Of a stretch of DNA of 42,268 bases, positions 18,663-28,294 are shown in pieces (position 1 is the first letter of the stretch; every line of letters starts with the position of its first letter). The notes under the pieces were generated by a model. It did not search any database, was not told the DNA's origin, and saw only the letters and a list, made by a program, of their open reading frames with translations. The DNA lies in NCBI GenBank assembly GCA_041737325.1, contig JBGSRY010000114.1, forward strand, positions 1-42,268, in the 5' to 3' direction. The position numbers were made by a program, and so were the translations under genes. This DNA is from Rhodoferax sp. Its GTDB lineage: Bacteria > Pseudomonadota > Gammaproteobacteria > Burkholderiales > Burkholderiaceae_C.

Positions 18663-19902
18663 GCTTTTCGATTTGGCTGTTGATCTGGTCGATGATGCGA
18701 TCCATCTGACTCGTCTGTTTATCGAGGTGCGCTGCGATAGCCTGCTGCTCTTCCAACGGAGGGAATGCCAAACTAAAAAGACCGAGTTCTTTGGTGGACA
18801 ACTCAATAAATGTCGTACCTCTTCCCAATGCCTCCAGTTTTGATTTAGCCGCCATCAAGCAGAAGAAAATGAATAGATTGGATGCGCGCCTGCGATTAAT
18901 CACTAGTGTTTTGCAGCCTTGGTTTGTACTAGCGTCGATGGCGAATATCCCAAGATGGCCTATTGGCGCACGCCCCGAAATCACTACCGATCCAGCTGGG
19001 CAAATTGTCGTCCCGCAGCTTGCATATCCAACCTCAGTAAGCTTTCTCTTTGTCTCAGTAATAAATTTTCCATTCAGTTTGCCAAGATCATCAGTAGTCA
19101 CCCACGGCAAATCCCCATCCCAATTCTCCGCAACATTGCTTTTTGGCGTTGCGCCATTAACTATGCTTGAAAATTCTTTTATCCGCTGAACCACCCAATG
19201 CTTAGGTATATCTCCAACCCATTCCACACCGCTGTCTTTAAGTGGCACCAATTTATCCAAGCCCCGAGTGACAGTCTCGGAGATAAGCGATTGTTTGAGA
19301 TTGCCGTACTGCGTTGCCTTCTGGCCGAGCAAATCCATTTGACGATCAATCTGTGCCGTCTTGGTATCAATGTGAGTGGCAATGGCCCGTTGAGTCGAAA
19401 ACGGCGGGACGGGAACAGTGATTGCACCGAGCTTGTCAAAATATAACCGCAGCCGCATATCCATGATGCCGCGCGAATTTCTCTTGAATATTTGCTTGGC
19501 GATCTCGGTTCTAAACAAATAGGAAAAATATCGCACATCAACGAGCTTCGATGTTTTTCGCAAAACATCGTAAGCAGGGCTGGTAACACCATCGTATTCA
19601 GACAAACCGACAGATCCCATCCAGGCCAAGAGCTTGTTGACGACAATATCACCCTTTTTTACCAGCCAATAGCCATCGGTGGAACTGGCCTTGTTGCCTC
19701 TCGCTTCCAAGTCTTTACGTGGCCTGACGCCTATGCTTGCATAAAGCGACAATAGTTCGTGATCGTTGTCGACAGGAGCCTTTTCTGTGACGAGCCTGAA
19801 AAGGTCTTTGACTCTTTGCTCCTGCCATTCGGAAGGGGTTTGATCGACCCATTCACCATTGCTAGGCCTATATGACTCATACGGATGAGAACGGAGATTC
19901 AC
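18604..19902 (-). CDS. hsdS: Type I restriction-modification specificity subunit, C-terminally truncated and chimeric
   Basis: Two TRDs with PPxxxQxAI helices and a KDSGVEWxGxIP linker. The native end (..LI...VTG) is missing and the last ~18 aa are read from antisense phage DNA. Confidence 0.88.
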   Translation of the reverse strand: MNLRSHPYESYRPSNGEWVDQTPSEWQEQRVKDLFRLVTEKAPVDNDHELLSLYASIGVRPRKDLEARGNKASSTDGYWLVKKGDIVVNKLLAWMGSVGLSEYDGVTSPAYDVLRKTSKLVDVRYFSYLFRTEIAKQIFKRNSRGIMDMRLRLYFDKLGAITVPVPPFSTQRAIATHIDTKTAQIDRQMDLLGQKATQYGNLKQSLISETVTRGLDKLVPLKDSGVEWVGDIPKHWVVQRIKEFSSIVNGATPKSNVAENWDGDLPWVTTDDLGKLNGKFITETKRKLTEVGYASCGTTICPAGSVVISGRAPIGHLGIFAIDASTNQGCKTLVINRRRASNLFIFFCLMAAKSKLEALGRGTTFIELSTKELGLFSLAFPPLEEQQAIAAHLDKQTSQMDRIIDQINSQIEKLRFAPWPHRHLCQERQPPR

Positions 19903-21968
19903 AGCAATATCTCCTGCTCAAGAATCTTCAACTGACCGTCAATATTCGCGAGCTCACCTAAAATTGCGCTTACATCACGCAGCTTTTCCGGTTGATAAAA
20001 AATCTTGTTGAAGTTCAGCTCCACACCGACGACGTTCTCCAGATACTCGAACGGCTTACTGATGTAGCGCGCCATAAAGGCATCGATGGCGGCTTGGTTT
20101 ACCGCTGCATCTTTATGGAAGGCAATAATCTCGTAATCCTTTTGATAGTCCGCAGTCAGTTCTACGCAAATCTCAATGCGCTCGGACAATTTCTTGGTGG
20201 CCTTTTTGTAGTTGGCCGAAGCGATGATCTTGCCGCAACCTAGCTCTTCTTTCTTGCCGTTGGATTCTTTGATCAGGGTTTCTTTATCTGCGTCGTAATA
20301 ATATTTGGCATCGACAGTGGCGATGACCAAAGACTGCTCTTTGTAATCGAGCTGGGCAACTTTTGGTTTGATGGTGTCGAAGCAAAAATTGTCCAACGAA
20401 GCGTATTGGGTCGCGTCGTACTTCGTGATGCAGAATTCAGTCAGTTCAAGCTCGCCCTGCGTGATCTTGGTGGGAGTTAGTTCGATTGAGCTGACGCGCT
20501 TCATTTCGCCGAACTTATCTTCCTTCATCGGCAAGTGCGCTTCAAAGGTTCTGCCTTGCTCATCGACATTGGTAAGCATGATGGCTTGTTTGTTGAAATA
20601 GAAAAACTCTTTGTCAAAAACGCGGGCGTAATCGTTGTCTTGGTAGGCCGAGAGAGTGGCGACGATTTCCAGGCGGCTGATTTCATCCACTTCATTTTTC
20701 TTAGATCCCTTGCTTTTCTGCAAGGGCTTGAATTTTTCGCTGACGTTAATCAGCATCACCTTGTTCTCGTGATGCGCCTGCTTATTCTTATTGAGCACCC
20801 ACAGATAGGTGTAAATGCCGGTGTTGAAAAATTCATCGGTGGGTAGCTGGATCACCGCTTCGACGATATCGCTGTCGAGCATCCATTTACGGATATTGCT
20901 CTCAGCTGAGCCAGCATCACCACTGAACAGGGTCGAGCCGTTATGAACCACCACGCCCATGCCGACGCTGTCGAGTTTGGAAATGAGGTGCTGCATGAAC
21001 AGCAGTTGCCCATCTGAAATAGATGGCAAGTATTTGAAACGCTCGGTCTTGTCGTTGGTGATGTCTTTTTCATAGCCCTTCCAGCTCACGCCGTAGGGCG
21101 GATTGGCGATGACGACGTCGAATTCTTCATTGTCAAACTTGTCTTCTACCAGCGTATTGCCGTGCTCGATTTTTGAGTCAGGGCGGAAGCGACTTTCAAT
21201 CTTGGCTAGCGCATAAAGCGCATCGTTCCAGTCTTGGCCATAGGTTTGGGTGAGGCGCTTGAATTTCTGGTTGATGCGGTCTTCCACCCCAAACAGCATA
21301 TTGCCACCGCCGCAGGTGCAGTCGTAGATTTTGAGTAGCGTGTCTGACTCTTCGATTTTGGAGGCGATGATTTCGGCAATTAGAGCGATCACGTCGTCCG
21401 GGGTGTATTGCTCTCCAGCGGTCTCGGCAGAAATGTCCGCCCATTTGCGCTTGATGTGTTCTTCCAGCGTGGTGATTTCTGAGTTATTGAAGGGCTTGAG
21501 ATCAATCTCTGCCCAAAGCTTGGTGTAACTAAACAGCACCTTCTTTGCTTTAAGCTTGGTGATGACGCCTTTGATGTCGAGAAATTTCTCACCCTCAGAG
21601 GCATCGACGCCGAGCAGGTCTTTTGTTTCGCCATCAAAGCCTTTCAGGTAGGCATCGAAGTCGATCTCAAATGACTTGTCGTTCTTGCAAATATCAGTCA
21701 GAGCCTGAGTCTTTTCAAAAATGAAAATGTTGTAGCCCTGGCCTTTGTCTTTGATCAGGTCGTACAGATCGTCTTTATGAATCTTGGCAAAAGCATCCTC
21801 CCCAATCTCGACCTTGAGATCGTCAAACATTCGCACCAAGCGGCTTTCAATCATGGCCAGCGCAAAAAACGGCATCATGAAAGATGGCCATTCGGATTCT
21901 TTGATGCCACAGCCACGCAGGAGGTCGGCAGTGGCCCATATTTTTGATTCGTATTGGAGGATGTTCAT
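19899..21968 (-). CDS. hsdM: Type I restriction-modification N6-adenine methyltransferase subunit
   Basis: IWxxADLLRG, GEQYTP, DxTCGxGxML (SAM binding), NPPY and FxNTGIxTY motifs. Confidence 0.93.
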   Translation of the reverse strand: MNILQYESKIWATADLLRGCGIKESEWPSFMMPFFALAMIESRLVRMFDDLKVEIGEDAFAKIHKDDLYDLIKDKGQGYNIFIFEKTQALTDICKNDKSFEIDFDAYLKGFDGETKDLLGVDASEGEKFLDIKGVITKLKAKKVLFSYTKLWAEIDLKPFNNSEITTLEEHIKRKWADISAETAGEQYTPDDVIALIAEIIASKIEESDTLLKIYDCTCGGGNMLFGVEDRINQKFKRLTQTYGQDWNDALYALAKIESRFRPDSKIEHGNTLVEDKFDNEEFDVVIANPPYGVSWKGYEKDITNDKTERFKYLPSISDGQLLFMQHLISKLDSVGMGVVVHNGSTLFSGDAGSAESNIRKWMLDSDIVEAVIQLPTDEFFNTGIYTYLWVLNKNKQAHHENKVMLINVSEKFKPLQKSKGSKKNEVDEISRLEIVATLSAYQDNDYARVFDKEFFYFNKQAIMLTNVDEQGRTFEAHLPMKEDKFGEMKRVSSIELTPTKITQGELELTEFCITKYDATQYASLDNFCFDTIKPKVAQLDYKEQSLVIATVDAKYYYDADKETLIKESNGKKEELGCGKIIASANYKKATKKLSERIEICVELTADYQKDYEIIAFHKDAAVNQAAIDAFMARYISKPFEYLENVVGVELNFNKIFYQPEKLRDVSAILGELANIDGQLKILEQEILL

Positions 21969-22028
21969 CAGGGTTGTCTCGTCTAATTTCTAAAATTCTT
22001 GCTTCGGTTGTGGGGTGGAGTACCTGAT

Positions 22029-23426
22029 TTACTCAAACAGACTCGACTGTTTGACGACATAGCCAGCAGGTTTCTTTTGTTTCTCAATCACACCCTCGTC
22101 GACTAGACGCTGCAACCACGCCTTGGCTTGGGCGCTTGACACGTCGAGAGCCGTTGCAACTTCTACATCCTTCATGGGAGTTTCCAGCAGCACCTGAATT
22201 ACTCCTCGGACAGCGGAAAACAGCGTGTCCGCAGGTGTTGCGACACTTGTCACATTTGAGCTGGCTGCTTCTGCCTTTTCAACAGGTGTCTGTGTAACGG
22301 ATGACGCACCATCTGGCATCGGTTGAACTGGTTCAGCATTTGGTGCAGAGACCTGTGCAGATTCAGTCGGCGCTACGATCGCTGGCGGTATCTCTGAAGC
22401 TGCTTGCAGTGTGGACGCCAAGACTGACGGCCCTTCGCTGGGAAACAGCGCGAGGCCAGTCTGCGGGGATGCCACCGGAGTTGGTGCCGCGACATCGAAT
22501 ACACCTTCAAATGCATCAGCGTCTTGTGGATTCGGCCAGGGGATAGCTCCCTTGCCTCGCAGGGCGTCGATGCCTGGGGACGACTCGCCTGTAGATCGCA
22601 CGTAAACAGGCACAAATTTGAGTTTGTCTAATTGCTCTACCGCGCCGGCCCAGGTACCACCTTTGTTGAGATCGGAGCTAACGACCAAGGATGCATCGGC
22701 CAGTGCATAGATCAGCTTGTTGCGCTGCATTGCGTTGCCAACGTTGAACCCGGCGCTCGGATCGTAGGGCGAAATCAGCACCAATTGGCCATCGAGCAGC
22801 AAGTTGCGGTGCTCGCGGTTCATGGTTGTCTTTTCCAGACTGTCAGCGAGGACGCCACTGACTTTACCGCCAGCCTCAAGTGCACCGCGCATGGCGGCTT
22901 GATCGATGCCTTTGGCACCACCCGATACGAGTGTCCGTCCCGCCCTCGCAGCCAACCGGCCAACAGCCATCGTGTAATCGATCAACGAATCTTCCACGTG
23001 ACGAGATCCGACCACGGCGAGGCCACCCGATTCCAGCAAACTCATATCGCCGCATCCGTAAATTACTGCCGGGGCGTCTTCCCGCAGGCGCGCCTTCAAG
23101 CGGCGGGGATACTCCGCGTCAGCGCGGCTGACCACCCAGATGGCGCGCGCTTGCCAGCGTTCGATGACTTGGCTCAGGAGGAAGCCGCGCCCCAGCAAGC
23201 GTTGCAGACGGGCTTCATCAATCACAGGTTGACAGGCCCGTAGGAGGTCCGCCGCATCTGGCGACACCAGGTCTGCTGGCTGATGCTGTATCTCCCGCAA
23301 GTGGCGGGCGAGGCGCTTGTATTCGCCGGGTGACAGCAGCTCCGATGATGATGTGCCTCGCCCAGCGATGAGCGGCGCTGTCAGCAGCAGGATCGCTTGG
23401 GTGTTAGGGGACAGGGTGGGCGTCAT
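22029..23426 (-). CDS. rqlI: DprA/Smf (SLOG) family protein, RqlI-like, with C-terminal winged helix
   Basis: YPx[28 protein letters not shown] and GGTW motifs, Pro/Ala linker, C-terminal HTH. Coupled to the RecQ gene by ATGA overlap. Confidence 0.8.
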   Translation of the reverse strand: MTPTLSPNTQAILLLTAPLIAGRGTSSSELLSPGEYKRLARHLREIQHQPADLVSPDAADLLRACQPVIDEARLQRLLGRGFLLSQVIERWQARAIWVVSRADAEYPRRLKARLREDAPAVIYGCGDMSLLESGGLAVVGSRHVEDSLIDYTMAVGRLAARAGRTLVSGGAKGIDQAAMRGALEAGGKVSGVLADSLEKTTMNREHRNLLLDGQLVLISPYDPSAGFNVGNAMQRNKLIYALADASLVVSSDLNKGGTWAGAVEQLDKLKFVPVYVRSTGESSPGIDALRGKGAIPWPNPQDADAFEGVFDVAAPTPVASPQTGLALFPSEGPSVLASTLQAASEIPPAIVAPTESAQVSAPNAEPVQPMPDGASSVTQTPVEKAEAASSNVTSVATPADTLFSAVRGVIQVLLETPMKDVEVATALDVSSAQAKAWLQRLVDEGVIEKQKKPAGYVVKQSSLFE

Positions 23427-25501
23427 TCGTCGTGCCCTGTTTGAGAGAGCGCCATCGGCCAGACATCACCGCTTCCGCTCTTGCGCAGCAGCCACGCGGC
23501 CACGGTCAGCGTCCAACGTGAGTCGACCATGTCGTCGACCAAGATCACCGGCCCGTGGGGCACCGGCTGACCATTGAGCGCCAATGATCCGTCGATGTTG
23601 CGCGCCTGCTGTGTACTGTTTGCCATAGTTTTCTGTTCGGGCCTGTTGTCGGTTTTCGCCATGACCATATGAAACGGCAGACCTAGTGCCGCAGCCAAGC
23701 GCTTCGCAAAGTTGGGGACGAGATCGGGATGACGCAGCGAGGGAACGCACGTCACCCAAGTTGGCTTGGGCTGCGGGTCCCATTCGCGAACCATCTTTAC
23801 GCATGCCCCAACCAGGTCGTCGGCAAACTTGCTGTCGTGATACTTGCCTTGCCGGACTAGGCCACCCCAACCAGCGTCACCCCATACGCACAGGGCTTTC
23901 CCGGGCTGAGCTTGGCAACCTGCAGCAATGAATCCCTTGACGCTGTACTGGGGCATCCCCCCATCAGGCCACTTCTTGCGGGGCTCGATGGGGAGGCTGG
24001 TGCGCCGCAGAAACGCGATGGCGTCCCGAACCAACGCATCATTTACGCCGGTTGGCAGCGGGGGAAGTGCGGGCTTCGTGACAACACTTGGATCGCCGTC
24101 AAGCGCGCCAATCAGAAAACCCATGTGATCCCCAAAGGGAAGGCTAACGTAATCCTGCATTTGCTGATGCTCGTCACGCCTTAGTGCCGTGAGTCGTTCG
24201 GCTCGCGCCCAGAACCCCTCGCTCAGGGTTGCTGCAGTGAGTTGCCACTTGGTGCCTTGTTTGGCAATCGGCGCTGGCGATTCGAGGGAAAGCAGTGCAA
24301 TTGTCTTGTCGACGCGCCCCTTACTCAGATTGACGCGACTGAGCAGCTCAGGTACTGACAGTCCGTTCTCTTCATCCTCCAAAGCACCGAGGACGTCGGC
24401 GACTTCCTGTCGCGTCGGAAAGGCGCTGCGGATAAACCAATCGGTGATGTCCGACTCTTCCTGTCCGCTGAGCAGCACACCGTAGGCGGAGTCCAGCGCG
24501 CGCCCGGCACGTCCAACTTGCTGGTAGTAAGCGACGACGGAACCAGGCATCTGGTAGTGGATGACGAACGCCAGATCGGGCTTGTCGTACCCCATGCCCA
24601 GTGCCGTCGTTGCGACCAGCGCCTTGACTTCGTTGTTCAGCAGAGCCTGCTCCAGCGCCTCTCGACGGTCGCCCGTTTCGCCTGTGTAGGCCTCGACATT
24701 GAAGCCCCGGGTCTTGAGCCAGTCGGCGACTTGGTTGGCGTCGCGCACCGTCAGGGTGTAGATGATGCCGTGGCCTTGCAGCGTGGCTAGCTGCTCGGCC
24801 AGCCAGGCAAGGCGTTCTGCCTGACTCGGCAAGCGGATGGTCTGCAGGGAAAGAGATGTTCGGTTCAAGTCGCCGCGTGAGACATCCAGTTTTGGACCCA
24901 GTACAGCAGCGAGATCCTCCATCACGCGGTTGTTCGCTGTCGCTGTAGTGGCCAGGAGACGGAGGTTGGGAGGCAGTGTTTTAACAATCCGTTCCAGCAG
25001 GCGATAGTGAGGGCGGAAGTCGTGCCCCCAGTCGGAAATGCAATGCGCCTCGTCGATGACAAGCATCGAAATCTGTGCGGCAATGCCTGCCAGGACCTGC
25101 GTGCGGAAACGCTCGTTTGCCAGGCGCTCGGGGGAGATCAAAAGGATGTCAATTTCCCCGCGTGCGAGCTTGGCCTCGACTTGGGTCCAATCGTCGATGT
25201 TGTCGGAGTTGATCGTTGCGGCACGAACGCCCATACGTTCCGCAGCAGCGATCTGATTTCGCATCAACGCCAGCAGTGGTGAAATCAAAAGCGCAGGGCC
25301 ATTTCCGCTGTCGCGCAAGATCTTCGTGGCGATGAAGTACACGAAGCTCTTACCCCAGCCCGTCTTCTGAACAACCAGGAGTCGACCGCGTCCATCAACA
25401 ATGTGGCGAATGGCATCCTCTTGGCCTTCACGGAATGCGGCGTCGGTGCGTCCCGAGCCTATCCGGAGCAACTCTAGGGCGCGTGTTGGGTTATATGTCA
25501 T
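23423..25501 (-). CDS. rqlH: RecQ-like helicase with C-terminal phosphoribosyltransferase domain (RqlH-like)
   Basis: TGWGKS, DEAHC, TATA and QQVGRAGR helicase motifs, plus a C-terminal PRPP-binding loop [13 protein letters not shown]. Confidence 0.85.
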   Translation of the reverse strand: MTYNPTRALELLRIGSGRTDAAFREGQEDAIRHIVDGRGRLLVVQKTGWGKSFVYFIATKILRDSGNGPALLISPLLALMRNQIAAAERMGVRAATINSDNIDDWTQVEAKLARGEIDILLISPERLANERFRTQVLAGIAAQISMLVIDEAHCISDWGHDFRPHYRLLERIVKTLPPNLRLLATTATANNRVMEDLAAVLGPKLDVSRGDLNRTSLSLQTIRLPSQAERLAWLAEQLATLQGHGIIYTLTVRDANQVADWLKTRGFNVEAYTGETGDRREALEQALLNNEVKALVATTALGMGYDKPDLAFVIHYQMPGSVVAYYQQVGRAGRALDSAYGVLLSGQEESDITDWFIRSAFPTRQEVADVLGALEDEENGLSVPELLSRVNLSKGRVDKTIALLSLESPAPIAKQGTKWQLTAATLSEGFWARAERLTALRRDEHQQMQDYVSLPFGDHMGFLIGALDGDPSVVTKPALPPLPTGVNDALVRDAIAFLRRTSLPIEPRKKWPDGGMPQYSVKGFIAAGCQAQPGKALCVWGDAGWGGLVRQGKYHDSKFADDLVGACVKMVREWDPQPKPTWVTCVPSLRHPDLVPNFAKRLAAALGLPFHMVMAKTDNRPEQKTMANSTQQARNIDGSLALNGQPVPHGPVILVDDMVDSRWTLTVAAWLLRKSGSGDVWPMALSQTGHDE

Positions 25502-26409
25502 GTTATGGATCTCCCTTGTTCTTGCTTGTCAGGCGAACGGTAGCCCGGAGCCAACAATGCGTTTTTAGCGCCGTAAATAGTCAGTGGATCATTCAGCCAG
25601 AGACGGTACTCAGGGCCGTGAAGGCTGTGGTCTGGCGAACAGTCAATGCTCCATCGGCGAAGCATGTATCCGGCAGTGGCCGCTCGAAGTTTCAACTCAA
25701 TCGACCCGTTGACCATATTGAAATCCCGTTCGGTGATTGCTGGTCTAGGCTGATCGGGATGTGGAACTAATTGAACCTCCACGATCCTTGTCCACTGGAT
25801 GTCACTGTCAGACCGTTCGTTAGCCTTGGGCTCTTCATCGAGAAGCAACGGCGCTTCGATACGAGTGATGACAAAGTCTCGGAACTCTCCGGACTTGCGA
25901 TCAAAAGCGCGAACGTGCCAGCGTAATCCGGTATCCACTAATGCGAACGGTACGATTACGCGTTCAGACTCGCCGCTGCTCACCGAGTGGTAGCGAATTG
26001 CCACCGGGCGTTTGGCGTGAATGGCGCGGCAGATCGGGGCCAGGATTTCCATTTGCGGGTTGCTCAAGGCGGCGGGCGATTCGCACGGCAACAGCGGCTG
26101 CGACTCCCCATTCACTCCGTCACCAAACCCCAAGGAGAGCGCCGACAGAACGCGCTGTGGCGCGTGCTCAAAAAGCGGTGCGAAGCTTTTCCCGATCCGG
26201 TAAATCTTGTTGCTACCGTCAAACTCAATGTTCTGCGGAGCGACCTCTCGGTACAAGGCAAGATCCCGCGTCGCACCCGCAGGAGCCACTCCGAAACGGC
26301 TCGCAAGATCAGGTCGCCCGACCTCTCCCATAAAGTAGAGCCGGAAGTCAATGTAGGCTAAACGCTCCCGTTGGGCGTGGCTCAAGTTCTCGACACGTTG
26401 GGGGTGCAT
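25498..26409 (-). CDS. WYL-domain transcriptional regulator (CapW/BrxR-like)
   Basis: N-terminal wHTH (RLxYIDFRL...RxDLxxRFG...ATRD) and RWHVRA...FRDFVxTRI WYL motif. GAGGAG RBS before the ATG at 26409. Confidence 0.9.
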   Translation of the reverse strand: MHPQRVENLSHAQRERLAYIDFRLYFMGEVGRPDLASRFGVAPAGATRDLALYREVAPQNIEFDGSNKIYRIGKSFAPLFEHAPQRVLSALSLGFGDGVNGESQPLLPCESPAALSNPQMEILAPICRAIHAKRPVAIRYHSVSSGESERVIVPFALVDTGLRWHVRAFDRKSGEFRDFVITRIEAPLLLDEEPKANERSDSDIQWTRIVEVQLVPHPDQPRPAITERDFNMVNGSIELKLRAATAGYMLRRWSIDCSPDHSLHGPEYRLWLNDPLTIYGAKNALLAPGYRSPDKQEQGRSIT

Positions 26410-26484
26410 AGTCAAGCGCTCCTCATCCACAAGAAGCGGCAGTAAGACCGAAAGACGCTGATTCATTGCTCATTGCGAGACCAT

Positions 26485-26534
26485 TAATATCATCAAAGTG
26501 ATGACATTATGCGCCACCGCTTGTGTCTGAGCAA
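26485..26534 (-). promoter_or_regulatory. Sigma70 promoter with overlapping inverted-repeat operator for the WYL operon
   Basis: Minus strand TTGCTC-17 bp-CATAAT. The inverted repeat TAATATCATCA-aag-TGATGACATTA (26485-26509, 1 mismatch) overlaps the -10 and start region. Confidence 0.7.
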
Positions 26535-26659
26535 GTGGTCAGTCTGGACAAATCATCTAAACCACGCCCTCACGGCCGAAACGTTGCGATCCGTGTTGGG
26601 ATGCGGACGTGGGTCCATCGGATGGATGCCAAGAAATTCGACTCGGTGAGTGGGAGTCA

Positions 26660-26746
26660 TGCGAAGAGTGCGAAGAGTTTTAAATCCAAATAGATCAACC
26701 GCTTACAGCGAGGAATCTGTTCGCAGGCTTTGCGAAGAATGCGAAG
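26660..26746. repeat. Cluster of TGCGAAG direct and inverted repeats, origin/iteron-like
   Basis: TGCGAAG at 26660, 26669, 26731 and 26740, inverted TTCGCA at 26720, AT-rich spacer containing IHF-like GATCAACCGCTTA. Confidence 0.55.
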
Positions 26747-26757
26747 TTTCTCGGTGT

Positions 26758-28293
26758 CTACGTTGAACCATTGATCGTGCGGCCAACGTTTTGAGACTGC
26801 CAATTTCGCGTCAAACGGTCCGATGCTAATCCCGACAAGGCATAGATTTTTGTCTGCGGGCCACGTGAGCCTTTCGCCCTTGGCAGGGTTTGAACAAGAA
26901 CTTGGGCGGGTGATGCCAGCAGCAATTGCTCGATGGCCGTGTCGATCACTGTTTTGGTGACGTGCCCCTGAAAGCAATCGGTAGTGATTTGCCACCGGGT
27001 CGCCGTTCCCTTCACCCGCAGAAACTCCACAATTTTTTTGGCCGCTGCATGGGTGCGAACAGAGTCCGCCGCGTCGGTGGCTTTGACGAACACGAATTTG
27101 GCTGATTCGACCCCATGGCGAATCCATCCCATGGCGGCTTGAATATGCTGCACATCGATCAGCGTTTGCATATCGCAGAGGGCAAACAGCATGGCCAACC
27201 GCAGCAGCATGGGCGCGCGACGTTCCAGCAAGGCCGTGACGCGTTCGCCGCCACTGTCGTCAATCAGTTCTCCGCGATAGAGGTGGGCATAGATGTCCTG
27301 GGCCTTCGCTGTCAGTCCAATTTGTAAGTTGTCGCGTTCTGACACGCGCTCGGCTTGGACAAAGTCCAGAACCCCGAGAATTCGGACGGCCAAAGCGTCC
27401 ACGGACTCCTGCGGGGTGGCCTTTGGAAACGGAACGATCTTTTCACGCTCAGCCCAAATCATCAAGAACCGGTTGGCAAAGCCGTTGGTCAGTTCACGCG
27501 CCCGCATCAAGGCCAGGAGTTCGCTGGGCGAAATGGCCCCGCTCAAACACAGGTGGGGATGGCTTGCATACAGGCGGTTCGATTTGGTGGCCGGCTTCAG
27601 GCAAACACCGTCCCAACAGTCCCGCAAGGCGGCCGACAACGTATTGCCCTCACGTCTGCCTTGATGCAGCACGTTGGCAAATTCCGACTCCACAACCCAC
27701 AAGCGCTTATCTTCAATGGCCGGAACCTCCACTTTGCCATTCTTGTATCCATCGTGGAACAGTGCAACAAGGCCTTCGCGGCTGGATAGGCCACCTCGGT
27801 GAACAGGTGGTGCAGCCGACTCACTCAACTGACGCAGTGCGGTGTCCAGTCGGCTGACCAGCGAAACCGCATCACCTTTTCGGCCTCGACCGGAGCGACC
27901 AATGTGCAGGACATAAAGCCGGGCATGGTGCCAAGTGTTGCCAATTGGCAGGTAGGGGCCTCGGCCGATGGCGCAAGACATGTACACCATGAAATTGGCC
28001 GCTATCGCATAGCTTTCGTCATCCGTGGATTCCAGGCATGGCGCTTCGGTGTGCTCCAACGTTCTGAGCGCCAGTAGTCGCAGATGACCGTCGAGCAGGA
28101 TGCGGTGACCGGTTTTTTTCTCCGCAGGCCCGACCGTCAGTGGCTCGATCAGGCCGACCGCCTTGATGGAGGCCTGGATCTGCATGAATTTTCGGGTGGT
28201 CAATATTCCGACATGTGCCTTGCGCGACGGCAGAATCAAGTCCAAGGGAATGGACAGTGGATCAGGAAGGAATGCGAGGGACAGTTTCGCCAT
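26758..28293 (-). CDS. Chimeric ParB N-terminal domain :: DUF3987 (YfjI-like P-loop) protein
   Basis: First ~95 aa are ParB-like (GLIEPL, DGHLRL, DDESY). The rest has a P-loop-like GRSGRGRKG and SSxEGL, ESEF, GFxNRFL motifs of DUF3987. Likely start is MAKLSL at 28293. Confidence 0.7.
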   Translation of the reverse strand: MAKLSLAFLPDPLSIPLDLILPSRKAHVGILTTRKFMQIQASIKAVGLIEPLTVGPAEKKTGHRILLDGHLRLLALRTLEHTEAPCLESTDDESYAIAANFMVYMSCAIGRGPYLPIGNTWHHARLYVLHIGRSGRGRKGDAVSLVSRLDTALRQLSESAAPPVHRGGLSSREGLVALFHDGYKNGKVEVPAIEDKRLWVVESEFANVLHQGRREGNTLSAALRDCWDGVCLKPATKSNRLYASHPHLCLSGAISPSELLALMRARELTNGFANRFLMIWAEREKIVPFPKATPQESVDALAVRILGVLDFVQAERVSERDNLQIGLTAKAQDIYAHLYRGELIDDSGGERVTALLERRAPMLLRLAMLFALCDMQTLIDVQHIQAAMGWIRHGVESAKFVFVKATDAADSVRTHAAAKKIVEFLRVKGTATRWQITTDCFQGHVTKTVIDTAIEQLLLASPAQVLVQTLPRAKGSRGPQTKIYALSGLASDRLTRNWQSQNVGRTINGST

Positions 28294-28294
28294 T

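Noticed and set aside
18604-19902. Phase-variable or shufflon-type hsdS
   Set aside because: No second hsdS, no long inverted repeats, no simple-sequence tract and no adjacent invertase seen.
22029-23426. Housekeeping competence dprA and housekeeping recQ
   Set aside because: The RecQ has a C-terminal PRTase instead of an HRDC domain, and the genes are coupled inside a WYL/RM island, which fits RqlHI rather than the core genes.
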